This document shows, one piece after another, positions 18,761 through 28,188 of a stretch of 64,000 nt of DNA. The position numbers and the translations under genes were made by a program. The notes beneath the pieces were generated by a model. The model did not search any database. It saw nothing but the letters and a program-made list of their open reading frames with translations, and was not told where the DNA came from. Within the stretch, counting starts at the first letter, position 1. Each line of letters starts with the position of its first letter. The DNA is taken from the sequence record PZ445442.1; one strand, written 5' to 3'. The stretch is from a phage.

Positions 18761-19329
18761 AATTTTTGAGAAAATAGTCTATACGTGAACAGTAAGGCAT
18801 GCAATAGTAACAATTGTTATTGTATCCAGTGTGTTGAGTATGCCCAGTATGTCACCATTGTGTCCAGTATGTCAGACAAGTTTTCCTCCTCTTTGTCAAG
18901 TGCTGCATGAAAAATTTACAAACTGGTATGGTAGCATTTTTGCGGCCCTGTTTACATTCAGTAATGTATGTATAATCCTTGTTGTGTGGGCGTTTAGACG
19001 TCTAGACGGTTGGAAGTCTACAGGTCAATATCTAATCTATTGGCTGCTAACTATATCCCACACAAATAGTAAGAAATATGATTGTTATATGCGTAAACTG
19101 TAACTCATGTTATCAATCCCTGTATGTATCACCAGTGGTGCGCATAATGGGTATTATGTTAAATTGCCCGTAATGATAACTATTCTCACAATGATAGGTA
19201 TTCTCATTCACCCCAACAAAATAGGTTGCAAATGTTGTGCCACTGTGTGAACGGCCTCACCTATTAATTTGCCTCACTGCCTCGATATTTGAGAATTATT
19301 ATAAAAATGAGAAGTATTCCCATTCCGTC

Positions 19330-19630
19330 CGCCTGGCAGCACTCCAGTCGCTACGGCTCCTGACAGGGCAGCACTCCTGTAGGTCAGGTCAAAATCGGGG
19401 TAGAACTGGACCTGTTCAGATATTTCTGGCTGACTCTTCAGGTCTGTGTGGGAAAAGCCAACCTCTCCGGCGGGGCAGGGGAGGTAAATTAAAAAATTTA
19501 CGTGGTGTATGAAGAGCCCTTCAGGTAAGGCATGTATTATAGGATGAAACCCTCTTCAGGCATGATATTTGTGGGTGTGATATTTGCTGGAAAGCCAGAT
19601 ATGACGGGACTCCCGGCGGGGCAGGGGTAG
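19330..19630. repeat. short GC-rich direct repeats (GGCAGCACTCC x2; C(T)CCGGCGGGGCAGGGG at 19457 and 19609)
   Basis: Direct reading. Confidence 0.45.
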
Positions 19631-20323
19631 TACAGACGGGGAAATATGGGGATGTAGTTGGGGAAATTGATCAGGCAGGTGGGGTATAGGATATGTTACA
19701 AGTATGTTAAATATGGAGGTTGAATATCTGTAGGATTTGTGTGTAAAATCAAAGACTTAAGTGGTGTTGTGGTATTTTCTATAAATAATTCAAGTTTAAT
19801 AGGTAATATTTGCCTCTATCCACTTTGTGTGGTAAACAGATTCAGATGAGATTAGTTTACAAGTGTATACATAATATACAAATTAAAGATACAGGAAACC
19901 CCCCTCCCCCTTCGGCTACCATTCACCTTTTCCTCTGACTGGTACTTAAACACTTATTCAGACTCTTCAGGTTATCACCCATATATCATATGGCAGTGAC
20001 TGGTGTCCTCCGGCCCCTCTTTCGTCACCCGTCCGCTTCGCCATGCTAATGCCATAGCCAAAGGTTCGGTTGTTCACCCTGTTCACTCAGGTGTATCTCC
20101 ATACCCCTTCAAACCGAAGAGAACAGAAAACCCGAATTACTCGGTAAAAGAAAAGAGAAGAACTTAATTTTATCAGGATAGGCAAGAATGTCAAGGCATG
20201 ACTGCTCACTAAACAAGCAAACAGTCATGTGTGGGAGGTAAGTGATTGTGGTGGTGGGAAATTTAGTTGAAAGATGTGTTATAGGTGCGCTTCCAGCACT
20301 TTAGCCGGGCAGCTAATTGTGTG

Positions 20324-20539
20324 TCAGTCCAGCGGTTCATCCTCTACTTCACTGAAATCAATGTTCATGGTCTCTTCCCAACCATCGATCTCAGCACAAG
20401 AGTGGAGTTCTTTAGGGTTTACTCCCAAAGCCTCAGCAACAGAGTCTATATTTAACACCTCTGGCAGGTATGATTCATCGAATTCAAGGTAAATCAGGCC
20501 ACGAGTGTTGTCAGCTCCACCAAATATTTCTATCTTCAT
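20324..20539 (-). CDS. hypothetical small acidic protein
   Basis: 71-aa ORF, last gene of - strand block. Confidence 0.45.
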   Translation of the reverse strand: MKIEIFGGADNTRGLIYLEFDESYLPEVLNIDSVAEALGVNPKELHSCAEIDGWEETMNIDFSEVEDEPLD

Positions 20540-20660
20540 GAAATCTCCTCTGGAAATGAGAGTGTGAACAGGGTTTTATACGTTCCAATACGCTGGAATT
20601 ATGCTCGTTTTCCTCTTCAGGCCATGCTTTAGCATGAGGAACCTGTGTGGGCTCGGTGCT

Positions 20661-21074
20661 TCATAGTCTACCACCTCTGAACTCTTCGTGCTCAGGCATA
20701 ATAGAGAACCAGATATCTACGATGTCCTCCCACGTCAGGTCATTAGCCTCAGGATCTGTCTGGGGCGAAGATGAAGAATCTTCAGAATCGAAGTTTTCCT
20801 CTTTCACTGGCTCAGTCAATGGACATATGGTCACTCCTTCAGATGTTTCTTCAGATGCATGTGTGTTGATCATGTTCCACCCGTGAGTATTCCGGCAACA
20901 GCCGCTATGGACGTAATGATCATCAGGATCACCACTAAAACTTCGGACAATGTTCTCATTGTGTATCCCATATTCTCCAAACGATGTGTGGATACTATCA
21001 CGAGAGCGGTAATGTGTCAACAGAAACGCCGCGAGGGTTTGGTTAAAATCCGAGCGTATGGTGATTTGGGTCAA
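20661..21074 (-). CDS. hypothetical protein
   Basis: 137-aa ORF. Confidence 0.45.
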   Translation of the reverse strand: MTQITIRSDFNQTLAAFLLTHYRSRDSIHTSFGEYGIHNENIVRSFSGDPDDHYVHSGCCRNTHGWNMINTHASEETSEGVTICPLTEPVKEENFDSEDSSSSPQTDPEANDLTWEDIVDIWFSIMPEHEEFRGGRL

Positions 21075-21233
21075 AACGGACGTGCGTTCTCGCTACGCTC
21101 GAAAGAGAGATTTGTTTGTAGGAAGCTCTTAAACGCTCTGTAATTAGATTATCTGTCTAAGGTAGGCAATCGTGCACCAGATAAAGAAAAGGACGCCACA
21201 GAGCGTCCTAGGTGTCTTAAATTTGATATTTTG

Positions 21234-21545
21234 CTATACCCATGAGGGCTTATCAAGGTTGGAGTAGCTGAAAGGTGTCAAAAGGTGACTGTCAAAATCT
21301 CTCAAACTATCCAAATCTTTTTCCTCGTCCTGACACCATCTGTGCCTACACTTATTGTTGTAGTGCATAGAATGCATAGCGTTCTGCAACTTAACAGGCA
21401 CAAGTGATTCAGGAGTAGATAGTATTGTCGGGTATGCCAGAACCACCTCAAACAGTGGAAACACATCGAAACTAAAGTCTACCTCTGCAGAGGTTGATGG
21501 CATGTAAGAGTATTTAGCCGCCTTTGTAGACATAATCCACCTCAC
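21234..21545 (-). CDS. hypothetical protein
   Basis: 103-aa ORF, overlaps neighbor by 4 nt. Confidence 0.45.
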   Translation of the reverse strand: MRWIMSTKAAKYSYMPSTSAEVDFSFDVFPLFEVVLAYPTILSTPESLVPVKLQNAMHSMHYNNKCRHRWCQDEEKDLDSLRDFDSHLLTPFSYSNLDKPSWV

Positions 21546-21868
21546 ACAGGTTTGATAATACCTTTACCGAATAACTCTTCGTATCTAATCTTATCCGGAT
21601 CCCACTCCTGGATAATTTCGAAGACAATATCCAACCCAGGGATAATCACTTCTCCAGTGTCAAGTTTGGCAAGAACAAAACCAGAAGGCTGAATGGTTTC
21701 CCAGTTGCGACGATTGGAATAGAAGACCTCGAAAATATCACCGACCTTGATCTGTTGATCAAGATGTTCAAGATTCTCTTTCATATAGACGCAGCGTATT
21801 TTTCGTGCAGGCCATAGACCGCCTGCATCACGTTCATTCAATTCTTTTACAGTAATCGGTATACCCAT
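21542..21868 (-). CDS. hypothetical protein
   Basis: 108-aa ORF. Confidence 0.5.
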   Translation of the reverse strand: MGIPITVKELNERDAGGLWPARKIRCVYMKENLEHLDQQIKVGDIFEVFYSNRRNWETIQPSGFVLAKLDTGEVIIPGLDIVFEIIQEWDPDKIRYEELFGKGIIKPV

Positions 21869-21923
21869 CTCAAATCTCCTTCATAGATAGTAAAAAGAGG
21901 GGCCCAAGCCCCTCTCTTTGTCA

Positions 21924-22229
21924 TTATTCTACAGAGCGTTTGAACAGAATGTCTGCCTCAGACATGTGCTCAACCTCTTCTTCGATTTTAGCTCGACGTT
22001 TTTCAGCCTCATAGCGAATATCGAACTCGGTAGCCACCAGGGATTTGATGAATTTAGGAGAATACAGGTGATCCTGCTTCTCTACGAGAATGATATCCTT
22101 AATGGCATCTTTCAGATCTTTAATCTGAAGTTGGAGTTCTACCAGTTCTTCGATTGTTTTGCGAAGGCGATCACGCTCTGCAGTGTCAGAAGGAAGAGAG
22201 GTGAACAGTTCAACTTTAGATTTAGCCAT
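21924..22229 (-). CDS. hypothetical coiled-coil protein
   Basis: 101-aa ORF. Confidence 0.5.
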   Translation of the reverse strand: MAKSKVELFTSLPSDTAERDRLRKTIEELVELQLQIKDLKDAIKDIILVEKQDHLYSPKFIKSLVATEFDIRYEAEKRRAKIEEEVEHMSEADILFKRSVE

Positions 22230-22257
22230 AGTAAGAGTCTCCTTATGTTGTTTTAAA

Positions 22258-22575
22258 TTAACGTTCTACAAAAATACCGTTCAGTTCAATAACCAGGAAT
22301 TTCTGGTCTTCGCTATCGTCTCGTGCCAGCACCTCACAGACGTATCGGTCATCCCCATCATCATCGCAGTCAAATACAAGACTGAGGACTTTATCATGAT
22401 AAACCTTCGCCACTACCGCCTCGTAAGTATTGCCGATTGTGAATCCAAGATAATCTCCAATGCATTTGACAACAACATGATCGCCAGCATTTAAGTCAAT
22501 CTTCGTCATTACTGCGCTCCTTGGGTAATAATACTGTATGTAAAACTTTAACCAGAGATGTGAATAACGCCCCAA
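22258..22575 (-). CDS. hypothetical protein
   Basis: 105-aa ORF. Confidence 0.5.
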   Translation of the reverse strand: MGRYSHLWLKFYIQYYYPRSAVMTKIDLNAGDHVVVKCIGDYLGFTIGNTYEAVVAKVYHDKVLSLVFDCDDDGDDRYVCEVLARDDSEDQKFLVIELNGIFVER

Positions 22576-22664
22576 AACACACCGATAGCGCTAAAACAGA
22601 CAAGGCCATCATTAAAGCTTCAGTAAAATCAGTCATTCCTCACCTCTTGTTAGTCACTATACTA

Positions 22665-22928
22665 TCATTTATCCTTGTCGTCAAGAACTTTTTTAAATCT
22701 TTCAGGGATATCTCCCGTTCTTAGATAGTTCATGACCTCGCAAGGTTCCCACTTGAATTTCTTACAGAGTAGGGCGGCTGAGATTGTTTCATTGCGAAAA
22801 GAAAGGATATTAATATCCCACTCTGAGAACCCCAACTTCCGAAGGGTAGCTACAGAAATCCTTACCGCAACCCAGCAGCAAAAACATGCAACAAACGCCA
22901 CTGCTACAACCCACATCAGGATGTTCAT
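22665..22928 (-). CDS. putative membrane protein
   Basis: N-terminal hydrophobic helix WVVAVAFVACFCCWVAV. Confidence 0.45.
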   Translation of the reverse strand: MNILMWVVAVAFVACFCCWVAVRISVATLRKLGFSEWDINILSFRNETISAALLCKKFKWEPCEVMNYLRTGDIPERFKKVLDDKDK

Positions 22929-23017
22929 ATAAGCACCTTACTGAAATACAAGACACAGTGTTAAGGTTACTGACCAGCAAATAATTAACAGTGCCGTTGC
23001 AACCTTGGCAAGATTTA

Positions 23018-23305
23018 TCATAGTGCCTCTAAGATTTCATATCCTTCGGGTCGGAATACAAGCCACTCCGTGGCTCCGTTTGGTCGATACGCTTTATACA
23101 GAACAACCTGGTCTCGGCACATGCACATGGCTACATAGTTTTCATCCACACCTGCAGCCTGCATTGCATCTTCTTCTCCGGCAACTGCTTTGCTTACAAC
23201 TTCCTTGGTAGGCAAGTGTGCGATCAGCTCGTCACCATCATTAATTCCAAAATGGCTGAGTTCGCCGTTGGTATCTTTAATCTTAATCTTAACCAGATCT
23301 TTCAT
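23018..23305 (-). CDS. hypothetical protein
   Basis: 95-aa ORF, abuts neighbor. Confidence 0.5.
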   Translation of the reverse strand: MKDLVKIKIKDTNGELSHFGINDGDELIAHLPTKEVVSKAVAGEEDAMQAAGVDENYVAMCMCRDQVVLYKAYRPNGATEWLVFRPEGYEILEAL

Positions 23306-23634
23306 TAGTCTTCCCCCAGGTTCAAAGGTCCTAAGATTTCATATGCCAGATTAGAAGTTACAAGAGGGTCTTCTGCGTCTTTAGTATTATACCACCCGTG
23401 AATAACCAGAGTCCCACTTTGTTTCATGTCCAACTGGAACTCTTCTGCCGTTTCCTCATCCAGCTCCAAGATTTCCATAAGGTATTTGATGTTAGGGAGG
23501 TATGCAGCTGTTACAGTCCCCTCTACCAGACCTTCAGGCCAACCTACATCTGGATGACAAGTAGGAACCAGGTTGGTCAGCTTAATGGTGTACGCTTTTT
23601 CTGCACGAGCCTTCAGTAACGGGTCAATCTTCAT
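23305..23634 (-). CDS. hypothetical protein
   Basis: 109-aa ORF, abuts neighbor. Confidence 0.5.
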   Translation of the reverse strand: MKIDPLLKARAEKAYTIKLTNLVPTCHPDVGWPEGLVEGTVTAAYLPNIKYLMEILELDEETAEEFQLDMKQSGTLVIHGWYNTKDAEDPLVTSNLAYEILGPLNLGED

Positions 23635-23984
23635 TATTCGTCCTCCTCTTCGGTACCTGCTTCCAGTAATAAGTTAAGAATATCTTCTGCACAAGGCTCA
23701 TAGAACTCTTGGCCTTCATTATCGATGATTTTATAGTCATCTCCACGAATAATCAGGGGATCACTCTCAAAATTATCGAGACCTTTAACAACGACAACAC
23801 GATCGATTGCCATCATTGTAAGAACTTTATCGACATCTTCCTCTGCTACACCATACTGCAGCAGAATGTCTTTGGTAGGAGGAACAGCATCCACCACAAC
23901 ACCGTTACCAAAACCTTCCGGGAGTTTAGCTAAAATATCTTCCGGAACCACATTCACATCAAAACCAGTAATTTCTACTTTCAT
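23634..23984 (-). CDS. small acidic protein, paralog family B
   Basis: Starts MKVEITGF, acidic C-terminus; similar to 23985-24245 and 25409-25678. Confidence 0.5.
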   Translation of the reverse strand: MKVEITGFDVNVVPEDILAKLPEGFGNGVVVDAVPPTKDILLQYGVAEEDVDKVLTMMAIDRVVVVKGLDNFESDPLIIRGDDYKIIDNEGQEFYEPCAEDILNLLLEAGTEEEDE

Positions 23985-24245
23985 TTACAGCACCTCTTCG
24001 TCAACTACTTCATAAAAATGGCTTGGGATTGCAATAGCGTTCTCACCTTCACCCAAGAACACTGTCCCACTAACGATTAACATTAGAAGAACGTCTGCGA
24101 TACCTTCCTCGGGGACGTTGCCAAAACCTTTGATCAGCTCGTAGGTTGGAATATTTACCTCTAAGATGTCACCATCTTTAGAACGGAAATCAACACCGTC
24201 CTGAATCTCTGCCGTTTCAAGGTTTTTCAATTTAATCTTCATCAA
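23985..24245 (-). CDS. small acidic protein, paralog family B
   Basis: MKIKL N-terminus, C-terminal YEVVDEEVL; paralog of 25409-25678. Confidence 0.5.
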   Translation of the reverse strand: MMKIKLKNLETAEIQDGVDFRSKDGDILEVNIPTYELIKGFGNVPEEGIADVLLMLIVSGTVFLGEGENAIAIPSHFYEVVDEEVL

Positions 24246-24321
24246 TCGGTCTCCTGTCTTGTTAAGATGAAGGTATTATTTCACACAGGGTTGGCGTTGT
24301 CAACACCTGTGTGCAAGAAAA

Positions 24322-24717
24322 TTACTGAAACAGTGCAGATAAATTACCTTCTGGTGGGAACTTATCTGCCAAAAACGGTGTTAGCACAGTAGCCTTCTGA
24401 AGATCTGGGGTCCACTCGTTGTTCAGAACATCCCAGTAGTACGCAATATTGCTGTGTGGGTGCCGCATTACGAACTTTTTCCCTTCGTAGTCATCTGAAA
24501 CCTCTACAGAAGAAATAACAACAGAATCTTCAAGGGTTTCTTCATAGAAAGATCCACCTTCAAATTTCCAACGAGATGCAAGAGCCCCTGCCTTGAACGC
24601 TGCAGATAACGGACTGTCGGCAAGAACATACATTTCTTGCACTCTGTCGCTGCGATCTTTGCTTCTTACGTTGTATACAGTATCTGAACTATACTCAACA
24701 CGGTATAGGCTTACCAT
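24322..24717 (-). CDS. hypothetical protein, paralog family C
   Basis: Shares FVMRHPHSNIAYYWDVLNNEWTP with FVIVHPDSRVKHYWNARTKTWTP of 26524-26922. Confidence 0.5.
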   Translation of the reverse strand: MVSLYRVEYSSDTVYNVRSKDRSDRVQEMYVLADSPLSAAFKAGALASRWKFEGGSFYEETLEDSVVISSVEVSDDYEGKKFVMRHPHSNIAYYWDVLNNEWTPDLQKATVLTPFLADKFPPEGNLSALFQ

Positions 24718-25076
24718 TACCGCACCTCCTCAATAACTTCCACATCTGAACCTACCACAAATGCAAAAGGGCAGGTTTCATGAAAGACATCCGGATCGCC
24801 GCCAAGCTTGCTAACAATCTCTCCACCACTAATAAACACAAGCTCACCGATATTCATCAAATTGCTGAAATAGTACCCATAATGATTAAAGAATGCAGCA
24901 GGGTCAGGTAGACTGGTAGCCTCAAGCACTACATCGGTTAAGGTTACTTTCTTATCATAACCTCTCGCCTTTTGAGATGCAAGATCTGCAGAATCCTCAG
25001 GCGACCGGAGATGCACAGGGATTGTTTCACCAATAAAGCGTACTTTCATATTATCACCCAACAACCATAGCTTCAA
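24717..25076 (-). CDS. small acidic protein, paralog family A-like
   Basis: Internal MKVRFIG start likely; C-terminal VEVIEEV. Confidence 0.45.
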   Translation of the reverse strand: MKLWLLGDNMKVRFIGETIPVHLRSPEDSADLASQKARGYDKKVTLTDVVLEATSLPDPAAFFNHYGYYFSNLMNIGELVFISGGEIVSKLGGDPDVFHETCPFAFVVGSDVEVIEEVR

Positions 25077-25317
25077 AAGGAGTCATGAACGAATAAACGG
25101 CATCATCATCAGCTTCAGGGAATGCTCCCAAAGACTTCATGTCTGAGCCCTTGACAAATACAAGGTTTTGATCAAAAGCTTCTTGGGGATCAATCCGATA
25201 CATATTACGTAGAATATCGCTTACCTCCTCATCAAGAGGTGAGTATGCTGTGCACGTTTTTCCGATCAAGCTTTGAGAATCAGGGTATCCACCTGAAGTT
25301 TTAAAATAAACAATCAT
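25054..25317 (-). CDS. hypothetical small protein
   Basis: 87-aa ORF. Confidence 0.45.
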   Translation of the reverse strand: MIVYFKTSGGYPDSQSLIGKTCTAYSPLDEEVSDILRNMYRIDPQEAFDQNLVFVKGSDMKSLGAFPEADDDAVYSFMTPFEAMVVG

Positions 25318-25408
25318 ATAGTATCACCTCTGGCAAGAGATTGGGATTCCTTTCCCACAAATAATTACAAACCTTCCTTATCGAGGAAGTATGCTAATCT
25401 AAGCAGGA

Positions 25409-25678
25409 TTATTCCTCTACAATCTCATACACATCAGGAGTTACAATCAACTCTTCTCCGTTACCAGGTGCAACAAACACCACCAAACCTTCAGGTGTGT
25501 GCTTTTTAGCCATCTCGATAACATCTTCCCGCAGAGCTGGCTCCATCAGATCAAAACCTTCACCCAGGGCATCACGAACCACCTTCATATAGTCCACTGG
25601 TTGTGCTTCAACAATCATGCCTTCAACCAGACCACAATTTTTGTCTGCCAGCTCAGTTTTGAATAATTTAATTTTCAT
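25409..25678 (-). CDS. small acidic protein, paralog family B
   Basis: MKIKLFKTELA... YEIVEE. Confidence 0.5.
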   Translation of the reverse strand: MKIKLFKTELADKNCGLVEGMIVEAQPVDYMKVVRDALGEGFDLMEPALREDVIEMAKKHTPEGLVVFVAPGNGEELIVTPDVYEIVEE

Positions 25679-25815
25679 TTGGAGGTCTCCTCAATTATTT
25701 GATATTAATAGCCGTAACCTAACACATTAACTACAACTGCGATTGCAAACATAATTTCAAAGCATGCAATCTCTACATTTGGGACTAATTTCTTAATCAC
25801 ACCCATTGTAGCACC

Positions 25816-26133
25816 TCATTCTCCAAAGTCAATCTTTACTTTGCCTTTCCCCTTACCTTTCTTTCCACCGCATTTAGCCAGCTGACGTGCTGCAACATCT
25901 ACCATACGGTCAGTTGCCTCGTAAGCATCACTGCCTTTAGCCTTGGCAATAACTTCTTTTCCAGAATTGTCAAAAATGAACGCCATAACTTCCTGGTGAT
26001 CATTTTCAACTTTTACACTCACACGTGCATAGTTGGCAGAGGGGTGCAAACGCTCCAGCTTAGACATTTTGTGGGAAATGAAAGACACCATACCTTCAGT
26101 GATTTCTACGTTGCCAGTGATTTCAATTTGCAT
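25816..26133 (-). CDS. hpf: ribosome hibernation promoting factor / RaiA-family homolog
   Basis: Aligns by eye along its length to E. coli HPF (I.G.NVEIT...KLE...AxI...G...DxYxA...RQLxK); K/G-rich C-terminal tail. Confidence 0.7.
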   Translation of the reverse strand: MQIEITGNVEITEGMVSFISHKMSKLERLHPSANYARVSVKVENDHQEVMAFIFDNSGKEVIAKAKGSDAYEATDRMVDVAARQLAKCGGKKGKGKGKVKIDFGE

Positions 26134-26215
26134 AACGTGTTCCTTTTAAAGAAGAGGGAACCAAACCCTCTTTGAAAACAATGATACTAAATCTGAAGCG
26201 TTGTGTCAACAGTTT

Positions 26216-26506
26216 TTACAGCTTGTTGTCGATAGTTCTTAAAATATCTACAGCAAGATCTGCCATTTTTCGAACATACTCTGCAAACTCAACAGGATCC
26301 TTGATCGAAGAATTCACAGGGTCGTACCCTAGAGCGTTCAAAATGGCTGCAGCATCTACAACCTTCTCATCATTTGCGAAGATCTCTCCGTCAAACTTGT
26401 AGGTCCATTTTGAGTCAACCTTAGCAGAGCAGGGTTTGTCCATGCTTGTTACACCATCGTCTTTAAACTCTCCTGCGTTATCAATATTTAGAATTAAATC
26501 CATCAT
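26216..26506 (-). CDS. hypothetical protein
   Basis: 96-aa ORF. Confidence 0.45.
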   Translation of the reverse strand: MMDLILNIDNAGEFKDDGVTSMDKPCSAKVDSKWTYKFDGEIFANDEKVVDAAAILNALGYDPVNSSIKDPVEFAEYVRKMADLAVDILRTIDNKL

Positions 26507-26523
26507 AGTGACACCTCACTGTT

Positions 26524-26922
26524 TCAGTTTAGCTTTTCTTCAACAACCCCATAGCTCGGGGCAGAGTCAAGAGCTTTTTGGTTTAAAAGTGGTGTAGCAG
26601 AATCTGCAAACGGTGTCCAAGTTTTTGTTCTGGCATTCCAGTAATGCTTCACTCTGGAATCTGGATGCACTATAACAAAAACTTTTTCACTTGTCAACAC
26701 ATTAATTTCTTCTACACCCTTGCTGATAATTTCTCCGTCATAGCCTCCAGTCTGGTATCCTTCGTACCAGGTTCTTGCATAGGCATAGCCAGCCTGCCAG
26801 CATGCAGCCTCCTCCGAGGTGGAGACTACGTAGAAGTCTTTCTCAAATTCCGGAATACGCCCTTGCTTTACGCTCCAAGCTCCGCGAATTTTCATTGTAA
26901 CTTTGAATAGTTTATTTTTCAC
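26524..26922 (-). CDS. hypothetical protein, paralog family C
   Basis: Paralog of 24322-24717. Confidence 0.5.
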   Translation of the reverse strand: MKNKLFKVTMKIRGAWSVKQGRIPEFEKDFYVVSTSEEAACWQAGYAYARTWYEGYQTGGYDGEIISKGVEEINVLTSEKVFVIVHPDSRVKHYWNARTKTWTPFADSATPLLNQKALDSAPSYGVVEEKLN

Positions 26923-26934
26923 AACGGTTACCCA

Positions 26935-27219
26935 TCACAGCTCTACAATATCTGCATCTGACCCTGCCCCAAAGGCATAATAGGACTCTTCCCCGAAATA
27001 ATATTCCGGTGCACCAGCAGCGATCAGGTCTGATCCCAAAATAAACACCACGTTGTGGCCTACATAGCTGTGATGTTGCCGCACAGGATCATCCCACGGC
27101 AACCCTTCAAAGTATACCGCAGGAACGACCTTTCCTTTCAGGAAGGATTGCCCCAAGTAGACGTTAGAATCAAGAATTTTAACCTTCATGATCGTCCTCC
27201 ACGATCTCCACATCCTCAC
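26935..27219 (-). CDS. small protein, paralog family A (likely starts at internal MKVKILD, about 27189)
   Basis: MKVKILDSN...DLIAAGA...DADIVEL. Confidence 0.5.
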   Translation of the reverse strand: MRMWRSWRTIMKVKILDSNVYLGQSFLKGKVVPAVYFEGLPWDDPVRQHHSYVGHNVVFILGSDLIAAGAPEYYFGEESYYAFGAGSDADIVEL

Positions 27220-27406
27220 CTAGGGCAAAGTTGTAGGTCCACTGACTGTCAAAGCAGTCCTGAGATGCACCAGCGGCAATAAGATCTGCCCCTTTTATTT
27301 TTAAAAGGTCAGGGTAATCTTCGTTAGGTACAGCAGTAAACACTTTCCCTACTAAAGGCTCCTGACCAATATAGAAGCTTGAATCTAAAACTTTAACTTT
27401 CATCAA
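27179..27406 (-). CDS. small protein, paralog family A
   Basis: MMKVKVLDSS...GADLIAAGASQD...EDVEIVEDD. Confidence 0.5.
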   Translation of the reverse strand: MMKVKVLDSSFYIGQEPLVGKVFTAVPNEDYPDLLKIKGADLIAAGASQDCFDSQWTYNFALGEDVEIVEDDHEG

Positions 27407-27690
27407 CGGTCTCCATCAGGTGGTTGTGGGACGTAAACACTGTTACGAATATCGTCCGCAGTATAGTAATAAGTGTCTCCAACCCTATCTCTGGCTGCAA
27501 TGTACTCTGCTATACCAATAAGTGCCATTGATTTGGTGGCGTATCTTCCCAACTCGTTAGCTCCCCAGTAGAATTTAGACCAGTAGGGAATAAGACCGAA
27601 CAAATATACCTTTTGACGAACTTCCCAGTAAGTGCCTTTTCCGACAAGTTTAAACTCGACTTCACTACTGTTAATCTTTTTCATTATCAA
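27403..27690 (-). CDS. hypothetical protein
   Basis: 95-aa ORF. Confidence 0.45.
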   Translation of the reverse strand: MIMKKINSSEVEFKLVGKGTYWEVRQKVYLFGLIPYWSKFYWGANELGRYATKSMALIGIAEYIAARDRVGDTYYYTADDIRNSVYVPQPPDGDR

Positions 27691-27983
27691 TCTCCCTCTA
27701 CCGTGGTCGGATTGTCAGTAAGAAATTGAGCATTGGCTGGAGGCACGCCTGACATTTTCCACACAACCATAAGTTTGTAACCCGGCACCCTGTTAAGTGC
27801 AGATCGAGTAGAGTTTGTGCACGTATACTTTCGCTTTCCAAACCCGTTCTCCATCATAATCCAGTACCCAGTATCTTTGTCACCAGGTATCGGTAGACCA
27901 CCTTCATCAACCCACTGAATGGACCACGGCACGATGGCTACAGCTTTATATTTAAACTTTTTAAACCACTCAAAAAGTTTCAT
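27687..27983 (-). CDS. hypothetical protein
   Basis: 98-aa ORF. Confidence 0.45.
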   Translation of the reverse strand: MKLFEWFKKFKYKAVAIVPWSIQWVDEGGLPIPGDKDTGYWIMMENGFGKRKYTCTNSTRSALNRVPGYKLMVVWKMSGVPPANAQFLTDNPTTVEGD

Positions 27984-27986
27984 AAT

Positions 27987-28076
27987 TCAGCCTCGCATAG
28001 ACATAATCACTATAAACAGGCAAACAATGAATCCGAATGCCACGCCACCCATAAACGTTAATATTGATGCAATCAT
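27987..28076 (-). CDS. 29-aa hydrophobic peptide (MIASILTFMGGVAFGFIVCLFIVIMSMRG), copy 1 of tandem duplication
   Basis: Encoded on - strand within 96-bp tandem unit; fits exactly between flanking ORFs; GAGG 10 nt upstream. Confidence 0.4.
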   Translation of the reverse strand: MIASILTFMGGVAFGFIVCLFIVIMSMRG

Positions 28077-28188
28077 AGTCAATCAGCCTCGCATAGACAT
28101 AATCACTATAAACAGGCAAACAATGAATCCGAATGCCACGCCACCCATAAACGTTAATATTGATGCAATCATAGTCAATCAGCCTCGC
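27988..28188. repeat. perfect tandem direct repeat, 96-bp unit, about 2.1 copies
   Basis: Unit CAGCCTCGCATAGACATAATCACTATAAACAGGCAAACAATGAATCCGAATGCCACGCCACCCATAAACGTTAATATTGATGCAATCATAGTCAAT repeats at 27988 and 28084. Confidence 0.9.
28083..28172 (-). CDS. 29-aa hydrophobic peptide, copy 2 (identical)
   Basis: Second 96-bp unit. Confidence 0.4.
   Translation of the reverse strand: MIASILTFMGGVAFGFIVCLFIVIMSMRG

Noticed and set aside
18831-19512. Track ORFs 18831-19103 and 19237-19512 in the convergence zone
   Set aside because: No Shine-Dalgarno, built from short sequence repeats, and isolated from any operon context; treated as non-coding
20105-20145. Candidate intrinsic terminator for the - strand block (CCGAGTAATTCGG + U-rich)
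   Set aside because: Stem is only about 4 bp by eye; too weak to call without folding energy calculation
27988-28188. Possible CRISPR array
   Set aside because: Only two directly abutting 96-bp units with no spacers and no cas genes; this is a simple tandem duplication
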